Assembly (NCBI GenBank): GCA_965248925.1
Contig: CBDFLE010000006.1
Span: 1,632,001 to 1,696,000 of the forward strand
DNA length: 64,000 nt
DNA from: Candidatus Multivoradales bacterium
GTDB lineage: Bacteria > Acidobacteriota > Thermoanaerobaculia > Multivoradales > J023
Direction: 5' to 3'
The notes under the pieces are model-generated. The model had not been told where the DNA came from and did no database searches. It saw only the letters and a list, made by a program, of their open reading frames with translations. Made by a program: the position numbers and the translations under genes. This document shows positions 19,501 through 28,929 of the stretch, one piece after another; position 1 is the first letter of the stretch; each line of letters starts with the position of its first letter.

Positions 19501-21554
19501 CCGGTGCAGTCCACCGCCGTCGACTTGCGCAGGCTGCCGCTGGCGTAGACGTGGTCGGTGCGGTAGGTCGGGCCGGACAAGCCGAGGCTGCACAAGGAGC
19601 CGGTGCCGAGGTTCTGGGTGTCGCCGCCATAAATCCGCTGGCGGGTGACGAAGCCGTTGGTCGAAGTGAGGAGGCTCACCACATCGCGGCTCTGACGGCT
19701 GCTGCCAGCCAGCTGGCGGCGGCGTTCGAGAAAGCCGGTGGTGCTACTGAAGCAGAACTCGGCCTTTTCTGTGGTTCCGCCTTCGCTCACCGACTGCTCG
19801 TCCCAGGTCTCCAGGATCCAGCGTGCGTTGTGGCTTGGCAGCACGAAATCGGTTGCCGGATCGATCGAGCTGTCGTCGGGGTTGGCGATGATGTAGGTGC
19901 CGCTGTTGGCGTTGTAGGTGGTGCTGCTGGTGCGCACGTCGGCGGCGCCGAAGCTGCCGCCGGTGGTCATGGTGCGGAAGTGGCCCAGGCCATCGAAGTC
20001 CGAGAAGGTGACTTCGCGGAACTTGCCGCCGTCGTCGTGGAAGGTCTCCTTGCGGTAGCGCAAGCGGTGGGCCTTCTCGTTGTAGTTGCCGGCGTCGCGG
20101 CCATCGCTGTCGAACTCAACGAAGATCGAGCGGAGCTTGGTTCCGCCAGCGTTGAAGAGTTCTTGGGAAAGGAAGGGGCCGGCTTCTGAGAAGCTGCCAC
20201 TGATGGGATCGCAGTAGGTGTAGGGCAGGCCGTAGGACCAGCGATTGTTGGCGCCGACGGTGGAGAAATAGCTCACCGTTTCGAAGCCCAGCGGATCAGT
20301 CACTTTCATCGAGTGGAAGCAGGGGTGGCCCAGCGGATCGCCGGGGGCTTGCGGGTTTGCGGTGTCGTAGCTGTAGTTCCAGGTGGCGTAGGGGGTGGTG
20401 TCGCCGTCGTCGAGGAAGAGATGTTTGCTCTTGACTCCCCGCGCCACCGTGCCCCAGTCAGGAGCATGGAAGAGGTCGGCCAGCTGGGTTTGGAAGGGGA
20501 AGAGCTGGTAGTCGTAGCCGTAGGCGCCACCGGTGGGCAGGCGCAGTTTCGACAGGCCACCGGAGAGCAGGTTGTCGACGGTCAGGTAGTCCATCTCGTA
20601 GAACGAACCGTCGGGCAACACCACCCGGTCGAGCACCTGGGTGGTGAGGGTGTGCTCGGCTATCGGCACGCAGCCGGGACGGAAGCCGAACTGCCGTTCG
20701 AGGGTCTCGGTGCGGTACTGAAAGAGGAAGGTCGAGTTGCTTTGGCTGCCGAAGGCTTCGAGCCTCACCGTAGCGACTCTGCCACCGACAAAATCCACCG
20801 TGTGAGTGCGCCCTTGGCTGTCGGTCAATGTCCAGTCGCCATCGTTGGCATAGCGCACATTGATCCAATTGCCGAAGCGATCCTCCATCCGCGTCAGGCG
20901 CCAAATGTCCCTTACGGTAGCGTAGTTATGAAATTCATGCAGCTCGCCGCCAGGAAATTCTATGGTGAAGCAGCTCTGATCGACAAACGTACCAGCGGGC
21001 AGCTCGCACACTCCCGGATTGCGTCGGCGGAGGCGCAAATAGGTACTGTCGTTGGTGAACCAGGTGCTGGGCTGCGGGGTCGCTGGAAAGCCACCGGGGT
21101 GTAGCTCGGTGTAAAACCTGTGCTCGCCGCCGCTTGGATCGACGTAAATCTCAGGCGTTGTCGTCGGACTGTTACGCGGCGCGATCAGCTCTCCGAGGCT
21201 GACTCGCCAGCCGAAGCCTGCCCGGGTCTGGAGATCCTGGATCGGCAGACTGTAGGTGCGCAGCATGAACGGTGGGTTGATGTCCTGGCATTGGTGGTTC
21301 TCGTCGTACTCCCAGCCGCCAGAGCTGTACGAGGCGGTCAAGCTGAAGCTCAGGGACGGGCCGACGGGGTAGGTGATTCCGATCGGCAGAGATACGGTAA
21401 GGCTGCCGTTGAAAAGGTTGATTTGATCCAGGTCGCTGATCTGGTAGGCGGTGTCGGCGGTCACTCCGCGCTGGTGGCTCGGGGGGAGTTGCGCGGTCAG
21501 CGGCAGGGCGATGCAGAGGCCGAGAAGGATGAGGGTGAGAGGTCTAATTCGCAT
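16548..21554 (-). CDS. Secreted RHS/YD-repeat polymorphic toxin
   Basis: Signal peptide; many YDxxGRL repeats; RHS core HLDHLGTPR, YYPFG, FTGHERD, GRFLSVDP, PINQVDPDGR; basic C-terminal domain. Confidence 0.92.
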   Translation of the reverse strand: MRIRPLTLILLGLCIALPLTAQLPPSHQRGVTADTAYQISDLDQINLFNGSLTVSLPIGITYPVGPSLSFSLTASYSSGGWEYDENHQCQDINPPFMLRTYSLPIQDLQTRAGFGWRVSLGELIAPRNSPTTTPEIYVDPSGGEHRFYTELHPGGFPATPQPSTWFTNDSTYLRLRRRNPGVCELPAGTFVDQSCFTIEFPGGELHEFHNYATVRDIWRLTRMEDRFGNWINVRYANDGDWTLTDSQGRTHTVDFVGGRVATVRLEAFGSQSNSTFLFQYRTETLERQFGFRPGCVPIAEHTLTTQVLDRVVLPDGSFYEMDYLTVDNLLSGGLSKLRLPTGGAYGYDYQLFPFQTQLADLFHAPDWGTVARGVKSKHLFLDDGDTTPYATWNYSYDTANPQAPGDPLGHPCFHSMKVTDPLGFETVSYFSTVGANNRWSYGLPYTYCDPISGSFSEAGPFLSQELFNAGGTKLRSIFVEFDSDGRDAGNYNEKAHRLRYRKETFHDDGGKFREVTFSDFDGLGHFRTMTTGGSFGAADVRTSSTTYNANSGTYIIANPDDSSIDPATDFVLPSHNARWILETWDEQSVSEGGTTEKAEFCFSSTTGFLERRRQLAGSSRQSRDVVSLLTSTNGFVTRQRIYGGDTQNLGTGSLCSLGLSGPTYRTDHVYASGSLRKSTAVDCTGTAILTLADYDIDSDTGLVATSRDAAGLGTSFTYDRLGRLTGQRPAELGWTQWTYTLPTTANPSLAPKLTEQQCQPFQTSCSGTDLMSFREHRYDGLGRRLQQTVRIPVANAGQTELWHRYTTWNPRHWKTDESVWTTASAAGESRRTTYIAYDRFGRPGRVKPPEQPATFFTYQGDRVQTRRFKVQLTSGQQDTYVTEIMDGQGRLAEVCEGSSAPWSGSCGGGGLLTRYSYDDGGRLTKVCQNLAGSTCGQTRLFDYDGRGFLLSETHPEIGPSGNGRIDYRYDAGGNATSKDLIGSTAFDLSFDFDAAGRLIRVLESSNGAGSTPRLQKQFRYARANSGSDHRAGKLVQTVRHNWVDIQNPLAPEPGFLDVKLSESFRYTGRQGLMSEKQTRYQFFAGNYAFTTGFVYDTQGNLSQLDYPSCQHADGGCATNDPQRTVNFNYEKGMLRSVPGFANNLTYQSGGMLHQLTHGDGVVDTQEVSSSNGLARPHQLTTSAGWSSGIFAYDGAGNISAIGNLDYRYDRLGRLRSGQTSVGATRFTQTATYDNFGNIQQLSTPGFVALNLNPSTTTNRLGLSGAQYDAAGNLTDITLGSESFDYAFDGANMMKHLRSNTDQARVFIYNASDERILTFDCFGPGATSTCTTQPASLTWTLRGLGNEVLRIYDQPAGGAFSWSRDYVHRGGQPLATIEPDGSGGEMTSHLHLDHLGTPRQITRGGQQVALHNYYPFGQEATSAGADEILLKFTGHERDKTGTGVRSELDYMHARHCNPVVGRFLSVDPSLGSRSSPQSWNRFSYVSNSPINQVDPDGRLAFLVTAFLGGVVDVGFQVAINAIAGDDLTTGVGTAFLTGAATGATGVGLFKVVSKGVKLTKAVKRAKRIKKLRQAAQARRGAEAVGDALSGLRAGSSSSVKVVESADDLGGIFGRLSRGGTPVDATRYPGKLVKLPDGTTVGLRTGSKSGGPTIDIKLPSGARRKVHVQQ

Positions 21555-21567
21555 AATTGTTCCTCAC

Positions 21568-21981
21568 TCAGCAGCTAGAGGTGGCACAGGTCTCGGTCCA
21601 ATTCGTGCTATTCCCCGACTCGAAGTTGTCGCTAAAGAGAGATTCGGGCGGCATCACCTGGATGGTGGCGGTGGCAAAATTCTGCGACTCGTCCTCGATC
21701 CGGTAGGTCACCGTACAAGCCGTTCGCACCGCCGGGGTCGGGGTCAGCCGGACGACATCAAACAGCACTTCGAAAGTCAGCGGACAAGTGGTCGAGAGGA
21801 CCGTCAGGCTGAGGGCCTCGCCGTCGGGCTCTTGGTCGTTGGCCAGCACATCGACCAGTACTGGGGTGGCGACGAGCAGCACTTCGTCGTCAACCGCGAT
21901 CGGATGGTTGTCGCATTGGGCCAGAAGCGGGGCCGAAGTCAGGCAGGCCAGGAGCAGGAGTGGTGCGAGTCTTCGGTGCAT
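21568..21981 (-). CDS. Secreted Ig-like (cadherin/Big_9-like) small protein
   Basis: Signal peptide, PIAVDD...VDVLANDQEPDGEAL...TYRIED, C-terminal LFSDNFESGN motif; in operon with the RHS gene. Confidence 0.75.
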   Translation of the reverse strand: MHRRLAPLLLLACLTSAPLLAQCDNHPIAVDDEVLLVATPVLVDVLANDQEPDGEALSLTVLSTTCPLTFEVLFDVVRLTPTPAVRTACTVTYRIEDESQNFATATIQVMPPESLFSDNFESGNSTNWTETCATSSC

Positions 21982-22115
21982 TTCTTCACCCCTAAGTTGG
22001 GTTAGTGGCGTAGTTGCTAAAACTCTCGTGCTTGACGGTCGCTTCCAGGGATCGTCTACGTTGGAGAGCAGCAAACTCTAACATTTGCCAGCAAGCTGTG
22101 CTTGCCGAGGTGGGT

Positions 22116-22165
22116 GGCACGTCTGTTGGGGGCACGTCTGTTGGGGGCACGTCTGTTGGGGGCAC
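22116..22165. repeat. 15-bp tandem repeat GGCACGTCTGTTGGG x3.3
   Basis: Read directly in the intergenic region upstream of the RHS operon. Confidence 0.9.
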
Positions 22166-22579
22166 TGTCATTGGCACGCCGCCAAGCCCCGTTTGGATCT
22201 CACGCGCCGGCAGGCAGCCGTTGCGCGCGGACGCTGCCAACCGGCCTCGTCGCGCTCTTGTTGGCGCTCGGCGAGAAACGGGCCGACCTCCGCTTAAATC
22301 GTTTCGGCTAACAACTCAGGATACGCCACCTGATTTTTCTCCCCATTCACCGGTTTCGACCATAGCTCCCCCGAACAGAGAGTAGGGCTTCTGCTGAGGA
22401 TGGCGCGAGACACCTTTGCGGCCGCCGCCGAAATGATACGCCTAAATGAGAAGTCGAGAGACGATGCAGGCAGCCTGAGGTGGCTGCAGTGAGTTCGAAA
22501 GCGCAGAGTGGAAGGGCAAGGCTTCTGGTAAGGTAGGTCGCGCAGCTGAAGAGTCATCGGAATCCTGGGGAGGAGCAGC

Positions 22580-24283
22580 ATGGGACTTGACCAAGACCAC
22601 GCCTTGCTCGGTGACGCTGCCGAAGCCAGTCTGGAGCAGGTCAGAAAGGATCTGGCGGAGGCCAAAGGCAGGCCCCAGCAGGTGCTGGCGCATCTGCAGG
22701 ACTTTCTCTTCGATCCGGGCTTGGATGTCAAGCAGCTGCGGCGAGTCTGCGGAATCTCGGCCCGGTCGGTGAGCGGTGAGTTTGCCAAGGCAGTGGGTAC
22801 GCCGCTGGCGATCTACGTCCGAGAAAAGCGCCTGGAAACCGCCAAGCGCCTGCTGCGCCACACCGCCTTGCCGGTGTCGAAGATCAGCGATTTGGTGGGT
22901 TACGATCAGCCGCAGAGCTTCTCCCGAGCTTTTACCGAGTGGAACGGCTCCAGCCCCACAGCTTCGCGTCTACTGGTGAAGAAAAGCTCACGGTTGCGCA
23001 GCGTGCCGTCCGACAAGATGCTGGACAAAGAGTTCATGAATCGGGTGATGCTTGGCCAGATCGACAAGCAGGAAGAGGAACAAGTCGGCCATCATCTGCA
23101 AGCGGTCTACCCGAGAACCTTCAGTCCCAACCCGCCAGGGCAGAACAGCGATTCCGAGCCCCGCCTGGAGCGGGTTGACGGGCGCGAGTGGGAGCGCATC
23201 AAGGCCATTGAGCTGTGGCGAGAGATTGCCGAGCAACCGCTGGAGCAGCAGCGCCAGCGAGTGTGCCAGGTAGCGTTCCACACCAAGGCTTTCTCCAGTC
23301 TGCTGCTGCGCAAGAGCCGCGAAGAGGGTCGCAAGGACCGCCAACGTGGGGTTGATATCGCCCTCTTGGCACTCGACAGCCTCGACACCAGCGTTGGCGC
23401 TGGGCTGCTGGGCGACGATCCCCGCATCTTGCGCGCCCAAGCCTGGGCCTGGGTCGGCAACGCCCGTCGCCTGGCCCTCGGCTTCCCCGGCGCCGAACAA
23501 GCCTTCGACCGGGCAGAGATCGAGCTGGGGCAGCGGTTTGGGCGCCACCCGCAATTCGTCAAAGCCGAGATTCTTCTCTGTAGGGGTGCGCTACGTCTAG
23601 ATCAGCGATGTTTCCAAGAAGCGCTCGTTCTGGCCGATCGCGCGGTGCCTATTTTCTGCGAGTCGGACGATCTGCATCGCTACCTGGAAGCGCGGATTTT
23701 CCGGGCTCGCGTCCTTTGCTATACAGGTGACGCCATGGCGATCGAAGAGCTCGGCGAGACTCTACGGGATCTGGCAAAGAAGCCGCAGAGGCGGCTTGAG
23801 CTTACCGCCCTCTTGCTACTGGCAATTTCCCAGGCTCTCGATGACCAGCACCAACTAGCTCGCGCAACTGTGGACAGGGCCAAAGTGCTTGCTGTTGGAT
23901 TCTCCAGCCTGTCTGTCTACGCTCACCTGGATTGGGTGGACGCCCTGGTGGCCGGCGCGGAGGGGGCGTTGGCCGATGCAGAGACTCTGCTGACTTCAGC
24001 CAGGGAAGCCTTCGGCCGCTGTGGCGAGATCGATTCTCGGGTCGGCGTTGCTCTTGACTTGGCAATCCTCCACGATAGGCAGGGTCGCTACTCGGAAGTG
24101 AAAGAATTCGTAGCCGAGGCCCTGCCAGTTCTTGAGGCGTTCAAGTTTGAAGGTGAGGTTTCCAAGGCCCTCGCTCTGCTGAAAAAGGCAGCTGCCCACA
24201 GCCAACCGGCTCTTGAGAGCCTGTTGCTGGCCAGGGCGGCCATTCAAATGGTGCTCCGGCTACCACCTACCATCGGGGAATAA
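22580..24283 (+). CDS. AraC-type HTH plus TPR-like regulator
   Basis: YVREKRLETAKRLLRHTALPVSKISDLVGYDQPQSFSRAF; helical repeats such as RAQAWAWVGNARRL. Confidence 0.82.
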   Translation: MGLDQDHALLGDAAEASLEQVRKDLAEAKGRPQQVLAHLQDFLFDPGLDVKQLRRVCGISARSVSGEFAKAVGTPLAIYVREKRLETAKRLLRHTALPVSKISDLVGYDQPQSFSRAFTEWNGSSPTASRLLVKKSSRLRSVPSDKMLDKEFMNRVMLGQIDKQEEEQVGHHLQAVYPRTFSPNPPGQNSDSEPRLERVDGREWERIKAIELWREIAEQPLEQQRQRVCQVAFHTKAFSSLLLRKSREEGRKDRQRGVDIALLALDSLDTSVGAGLLGDDPRILRAQAWAWVGNARRLALGFPGAEQAFDRAEIELGQRFGRHPQFVKAEILLCRGALRLDQRCFQEALVLADRAVPIFCESDDLHRYLEARIFRARVLCYTGDAMAIEELGETLRDLAKKPQRRLELTALLLLAISQALDDQHQLARATVDRAKVLAVGFSSLSVYAHLDWVDALVAGAEGALADAETLLTSAREAFGRCGEIDSRVGVALDLAILHDRQGRYSEVKEFVAEALPVLEAFKFEGEVSKALALLKKAAAHSQPALESLLLARAAIQMVLRLPPTIGE

Positions 24284-24680
24284 AGTAGTGCCTCTGCCGG
24301 GATCCTCCGAGAGGGTCGAGGCCGGGCCCCCAATCTGCTGGTGACGGTCGGCGGTCACCGTTCGATCTCGAATTCCCCATAGCTAACTCCTTCTCCCGGT
24401 TGGCACAAGCCGACTCTGCATGAGCCTGTTGCCCGACCGGCTTGGGGGAACCCTAGCGACAAAGGCGCCACATTGCGCTGCCGAAATGCGATGAGGTCAG
24501 CCAGATTGCTGTGTCCTACTGCTATGTCGGCTGCCAGAGCCGATTCTGGGGATCTGATCTCTGTAGTGCTGGCGGCCACTTTGTGCAGAGACTTGCTCCT
24601 GACGTTCGCTACGCCCCGGCAGAAGATCTCGACAGCAAGAACGACCGCCACCGCAGCCGGTCGACCCTGTGGAGATCACC

Positions 24681-24932
24681 ATGCAAGACCCCGAACTCAA
24701 CACCACCCCCCAGCCACCGCCCGGCTGGCGCTACTCGTCCAATGGCCGGGCGACTCTCGACAAGGACTACGCCTTCACCCACTGGCGTGAGGCGCTGATC
24801 TTTATCGAGCTGGTGCTTTACCTCGGCGAGCTGGCCGGCCTGCTGCCGGGGATCGTGATCTGCGGCTCGCGGGTGGCGATCGAGCTTGGGGCTGATGAAG
24901 TTCAGTTCGCTCGCCTTCTCGACCCGCCTTGA
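24681..24932 (+). CDS. Pterin-4a-carbinolamine dehydratase-like small protein
   Basis: PPGWRY...LDKDYAFTHWREALIFI pattern; GGAG RBS. Confidence 0.5.
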   Translation: MQDPELNTTPQPPPGWRYSSNGRATLDKDYAFTHWREALIFIELVLYLGELAGLLPGIVICGSRVAIELGADEVQFARLLDPP

Positions 24933-25052
24933 ATGGGTGGTCACCAGACTTTGTGGGTGGGTGCCCGCGTCCCTCCCCCCTCCGGGCCGGAGATTGCTGT
25001 CGCCGGTCAGGAGGTACTTTTCTCTACCTCTCACCTCGAAGGAGGGACGGCG

Positions 25053-25361
25053 ATGAAACCCGAACGCATTCAACTCGGCCTCAAGAGCCTGATCCACTGG
25101 CGCCAGTCTGGCGAGACGGAGCAAGCCATCGTTCGCCATTACCGCTTTGTCGACTCGGCTGCCACCGTCCGCTTCCTGCGCGAAAGCCTGGAGCTGGCGG
25201 AGCACCAGCAGCTGCCGATCGAGTTGCACCTGAAGAACGACGCGCTGAGTGCGCGGCTGCCCGGCGATTCAGCCTCTGAGCTGACTGAAGGGCACTTTTC
25301 TTTGGCCAGAGCGATCGAAAGCCGAGCGCTCGGCGTCACATTGGTGATCCGCGGTGAGTAG
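25053..25361 (+). CDS. Pterin-4a-carbinolamine dehydratase-like protein
   Basis: MKPERIQ...W...IVRHYRFVDSAATVRF...LTEGHFSLARAIE; GGAGG RBS. Confidence 0.6.
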   Translation: MKPERIQLGLKSLIHWRQSGETEQAIVRHYRFVDSAATVRFLRESLELAEHQQLPIELHLKNDALSARLPGDSASELTEGHFSLARAIESRALGVTLVIRGE

Positions 25362-25749
25362 CCAGCGGCAGCACGGCCGCTCGCCTAGCAGCCTGCCGAT
25401 AGGCGATCACGAGCTAAGACAGCTGGTGCATCACTGCACCGACCGGCTGGTCGAGGTTGAGGAGCGTTTGAACGATCCCCGCCTGCACCGGCTCACCGAT
25501 GCCAACATCAGCGGTCCAATCAGCACCGTGGACCTGGCGGCGATCCTGCTGAATGGCCTCTACAAACTCCACATCAAGCCGGTGGCAGCCTTGCTGCAAA
25601 TGATCGACCTGGCGGTGGATCCCGACAGCGAGGGTTGCGAGCCAGCCAAAGAGATGCTGCGCGACTGCCTCTTGCGCCCGCTGCCAGCGGCAGCAGCGGT
25701 GGAAGCGGGGCTGCGGATTCTCGGCGGCAATCGGGAGGAAGATCCATGA
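25354..25749 (+). CDS. Hypothetical protein
   Basis: 131-aa ORF coupled to its neighbours. Confidence 0.5.
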   Translation: MSSQRQHGRSPSSLPIGDHELRQLVHHCTDRLVEVEERLNDPRLHRLTDANISGPISTVDLAAILLNGLYKLHIKPVAALLQMIDLAVDPDSEGCEPAKEMLRDCLLRPLPAAAAVEAGLRILGGNREEDP

Positions 25750-25828
25750 CCGCCGGTGCCTGCAACCCATCCGCCGACGCGCTCGCCGACCACCCTAGCG
25801 CGTGGGTACCGAACAGCGAGGAGATGCT

Positions 25829-26527
25829 GTGAGTGACCCGCAGGACACCAGTTTCTACATGATCAAGTTCATGGAAAACGTCGCGGAGAAGTTCGAGTCG
25901 GACGAATTCGAGAGCTTCCCCGAAGATATACAAAGCAGCCTGCGGGCGCTGCATCACGGCGTGCTCTCGAAAATGTACCAGGCCCAGGTGCAGAATGCCG
26001 AGCTGAGCAGTTTCATCGAGCCTTTTCTGGCGGCGATCGAGACCGCGACCCAGAATCTTGCCGGGCCACAGGATCGTGCCACCGAGGCTGACACTTACGA
26101 GCCGGCACAGCCATTCGATGCCCACCCGGTAAAGGCGATGATGCCTGATGCCCCCCGAGAGGGCGAAGCCTTCCGCCCCTACCTCTACCATCCCTTCCGG
26201 GAATCTTGCTTGGCCGAACTCTCACCCGCCCGCGCGGAGCTGGTGCGCCGCTTCGGCATCCTGATTTGCACCGCGCTGGGCGCGTCTGCCATCTCCGGGC
26301 ACGATCGAGAATGGGAGGTCCGCGGTGGACTGCTCGACATCGAGCACGCCTTGCGAGCGCTCGGTGAGTACCCGGACCCTGGCGAGACACCGCTGAGCCG
26401 GCCACTCAAGGGTTGGTGTAAGCGCCTGTGGGTGATTGCCACCGAAATGCGAGAGGCCTTTGGTCGGCTGCCCAGCGAGCAGCCGGGCGCGGCTGCTGCC
26501 CAAGGAAGGTCACCTATCCACGGCTGA
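25829..26527 (+). CDS. Hypothetical protein
   Basis: GAGGAG RBS before GTG 25829; natural composition. Confidence 0.55.
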   Translation: MSDPQDTSFYMIKFMENVAEKFESDEFESFPEDIQSSLRALHHGVLSKMYQAQVQNAELSSFIEPFLAAIETATQNLAGPQDRATEADTYEPAQPFDAHPVKAMMPDAPREGEAFRPYLYHPFRESCLAELSPARAELVRRFGILICTALGASAISGHDREWEVRGGLLDIEHALRALGEYPDPGETPLSRPLKGWCKRLWVIATEMREAFGRLPSEQPGAAAAQGRSPIHG

Positions 26528-26619
26528 TGATCGACGGCAGGGCAACGCTTCATCACCAACTGATACTCATCGCCGCGCCGCTTCCAGCCGGAGAGCTGCT
26601 CGAACCCTGAGCCGAGTTC

Positions 26620-26910
26620 GCAGTGGTGCCCTTGCAGGATAGCGACGACGATGCCGCCTACAGGCAGCAAGACTCCCGAAGAGCGCCTCAGGGCCTTGGA
26701 ATTGATGCGGAGCGTGGTCTGTGGCTACGGTGAAGATCCCCCCAGACTTCAGAGAGTTCTTACAGTTATTACTCGCCAACGACGTTGAGTACCTGCTGAT
26801 CGGCGGCTATGCCGTGGGCTATCACGGCTACCCCAGGGCAACCCTCGATCTCGATGTCTGGGTCAGCAGATCTGAAGACAACGCCGGACGCCTTGCTAGG
26901 CCGACTGGAC
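26620..26910 (+). pseudogene. Remnants of a small gene/nucleotidyltransferase pair
   Basis: Fragment SKTPEERLRALELMR...PPRLQRVL overlapping DFREFLQLLLANDVEYLLIGGYAVGYHGYPRATLDLDVWV, which breaks off at the convergent PIN gene. Confidence 0.6.
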
Positions 26911-27372
26911 CTAATCGAAAGTCTCTAGGATCTCAGCCGGCGCTTGCTCCGGCGACTCGAAGGGATTCACCACCCGCAGCTGACCGAAGAGCTGGCCGTG
27001 GTTGAGATCCTCGGTCAGCAGCACCTGGCAATCGCAGATCTGGGCGGCCGCGATGATCAGCGCATCCCACCACGAAAGGGAGTGGCGCTCGTACTGAACC
27101 CAAGCTCGTTCCATGACCGCAAGATCGATCGGCAGGGCTCGCCAAGAGGTGAGGTCGCGAATCAACTGCTGGGCCTGCCCGGCATCCATCCCAGGCTTCA
27201 GCTTGTGGGTGAGGGTGACGTAAAGTTCCTGCAACACCTGATAGCTAAGATGCCCCGAACGTTGGCGCCAAAGAAGGCTGAGCCAGTCGGCGGCCCTCGG
27301 CTGCTTGGCAGGCTCGCTGGAATCATGGCGATAGACCAAGACGTTGGTGTCAACGAAGACTGGCACGGTCAT
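26911..27372 (-). CDS. PIN-domain (VapC-like) toxin
   Basis: VFVDTNVLVY, QVLQELY, LSWWDALIIAAA, LLTEDL. Confidence 0.92.
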   Translation of the reverse strand: MTVPVFVDTNVLVYRHDSSEPAKQPRAADWLSLLWRQRSGHLSYQVLQELYVTLTHKLKPGMDAGQAQQLIRDLTSWRALPIDLAVMERAWVQYERHSLSWWDALIIAAAQICDCQVLLTEDLNHGQLFGQLRVVNPFESPEQAPAEILETFD

Positions 27373-27592
27373 GGAGAGACTCCCGAGTCGGGTAGCGAAC
27401 TTCTGGCCGTTTCAACCCGACGGGCTCCGCGGATAGGCAGCGATCCATCGCCAACTGATACTCGTCGCCGCGCCGCATCCAGCCGGAGATTCGCTCACTC
27501 AGCCATCGCGAGACACTGCGATCATCCTCAGCAGCTCGAACTCTGAGCCACAGAGCAACTTCCTCTGGCAATGTGATGGTGACGTTCTTCAT
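27350..27592 (-). CDS. Ribbon-helix-helix antitoxin
   Basis: MKNVTITLPEEVALWLRVRAAEDDRSVSRWL...PTRESLHDR. Confidence 0.85.
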   Translation of the reverse strand: MKNVTITLPEEVALWLRVRAAEDDRSVSRWLSERISGWMRRGDEYQLAMDRCLSAEPVGLKRPEVRYPTRESLHDRASLR

Positions 27593-27718
27593 CACAAAAA
27601 ATTAGTGCAACACGAGTTCCGTGTCAAGATAAGTTACAAAAGAAACTCGCCGACGCCTCCGGCGTCTTGCTGGCTCCGCCAGCAGGGCCGCTCCGCGACC
27701 CCGCGCTCCGCGCCTGGG

Positions 27719-28609
27719 CTACCGCCCTGAGCGCAGACCCTGACCTAGAGCAAGGCGGAAGCCCAAGAAGTCGTAGCGGAGCGACGGGTGCCAGTAGTAG
27801 CGGTAAGCCGCACGCACGTAGCGAGCGTCGTAGTTCCACGCACCCCCGCGGATGACCCGGTTGGCGCCTTCTTCAGGGCCAGTTGGGTTTCTCTGCTCAA
27901 CCGACTCGTAGCCGCCATACCAGTCGTGGCACCATTCCCAGACATTGCCAAGCGTGTCGTAGAGCCCCCAGGGGTTAGCCTCCTTCTCAGCCACCAGCCG
28001 AGTCCCCGCCCGGTGGTGGGGATGTTGCTTCTCCGGCCAGTTTGAAGAATCTTCACCCTCCGTGAGATCAAAGTCGACGCCACTGTTGCCGCCATACCAA
28101 CCGATATCATGGAGTAGCGGAGCATCGTTCGCACCGACGATTTCCAGGTCGCCGGCGTAGGTCGCGGTCTCAGTACCGGCGCGGCAAGCGTGCTCCCACT
28201 CTGCTTCGCTGGGCAAACGAAGCTCTAGTGCCGAGACTCTCCGGTTGAGAACTTGCAAGAACTCCTGGCAATCTTGCCAGCTCACCTGTTCTACCGGCCG
28301 CTGGAGCGATACAAAGCGGCTCGGATTTTCGCCGTCCATGACCGCTAGCCAAAGTGCCTGCGTACAGGGGGTGTCGGCCAGCCAGAATCCCGCGGTCAGG
28401 GTGACTCGATGCCGAATTTCGTCGTCATCGCGGCCTTGTTCCTCCTCTGGCGAGCCCATCCAGAATCTACCGGGCCGAATCCACCGTAGACGTTGCTCCA
28501 CCCCACCTATTTCAAAAACCACAAAAACCCCGTACCGATCCTCGCCCCAGGCTGTGGCCCAGCTAGGCGGGTTCCCAGAAGAGAGTGGGTGGTCCAGGAA
28601 ATCAGCCAT
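27719..28609 (-). CDS. DGR target 1: FGE-sulfatase/C-type-lectin-fold protein with C-terminal variable region
   Basis: PGRFWMGSP, TPCTQALW, PVEQVSW, RLPSEAEWEHACRAG, NPWGLYDTLGNVWEWC, RVIRGGAW...LGFRLAL. Confidence 0.92.
   Translation of the reverse strand: MADFLDHPLSSGNPPSWATAWGEDRYGVFVVFEIGGVEQRLRWIRPGRFWMGSPEEEQGRDDDEIRHRVTLTAGFWLADTPCTQALWLAVMDGENPSRFVSLQRPVEQVSWQDCQEFLQVLNRRVSALELRLPSEAEWEHACRAGTETATYAGDLEIVGANDAPLLHDIGWYGGNSGVDFDLTEGEDSSNWPEKQHPHHRAGTRLVAEKEANPWGLYDTLGNVWEWCHDWYGGYESVEQRNPTGPEEGANRVIRGGAWNYDARYVRAAYRYYWHPSLRYDFLGFRLALGQGLRSGR
27745..27870 (-). repeat. DGR variable region VR1
   Basis: 126-bp copy of TR with 11 mismatches, all at TR adenines. Confidence 0.95.
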
Positions 28610-28771
28610 GGAATTGGGGATCAAGAATCAGCCGCCGGTGAGCTTTCGCGGCTGCTGCTGCTGCCCTACTAACACACCGGCGGCCGTCACCATGTTTGCT
28701 GCCCACATAGCAAGGGTAAGCAGACTGGACGGCGGCCTGGTCAGTGGCGGGCACTGCGGCCCGCGTCTGCG

Positions 28772-28897
28772 CTAGAGCAAGGCGGAAGCCCAAGTTGTCG
28801 TTGCGGTTCGACGGGTGCCTGTAGTTGCGGTAAGCCGCACGCACGTTGCGTGCGTTGTTGTTCCACGCACCCCCGCGGATGACCCGGTTGGCGCCTT
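28772..28897 (-). ncRNA. DGR template repeat (TR)
   Basis: AAC-rich invariant copy (TGG AAC AAC AAC GCA CGC AAC...TCG AAC CGC AAC GAC AAC TTG GGC TTC CGC) just downstream of the RT. Confidence 0.95.
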
Positions 28898-28929
28898 TTT
28901 GGCCGCGCCCGAGTTGGCAATCATATCGC

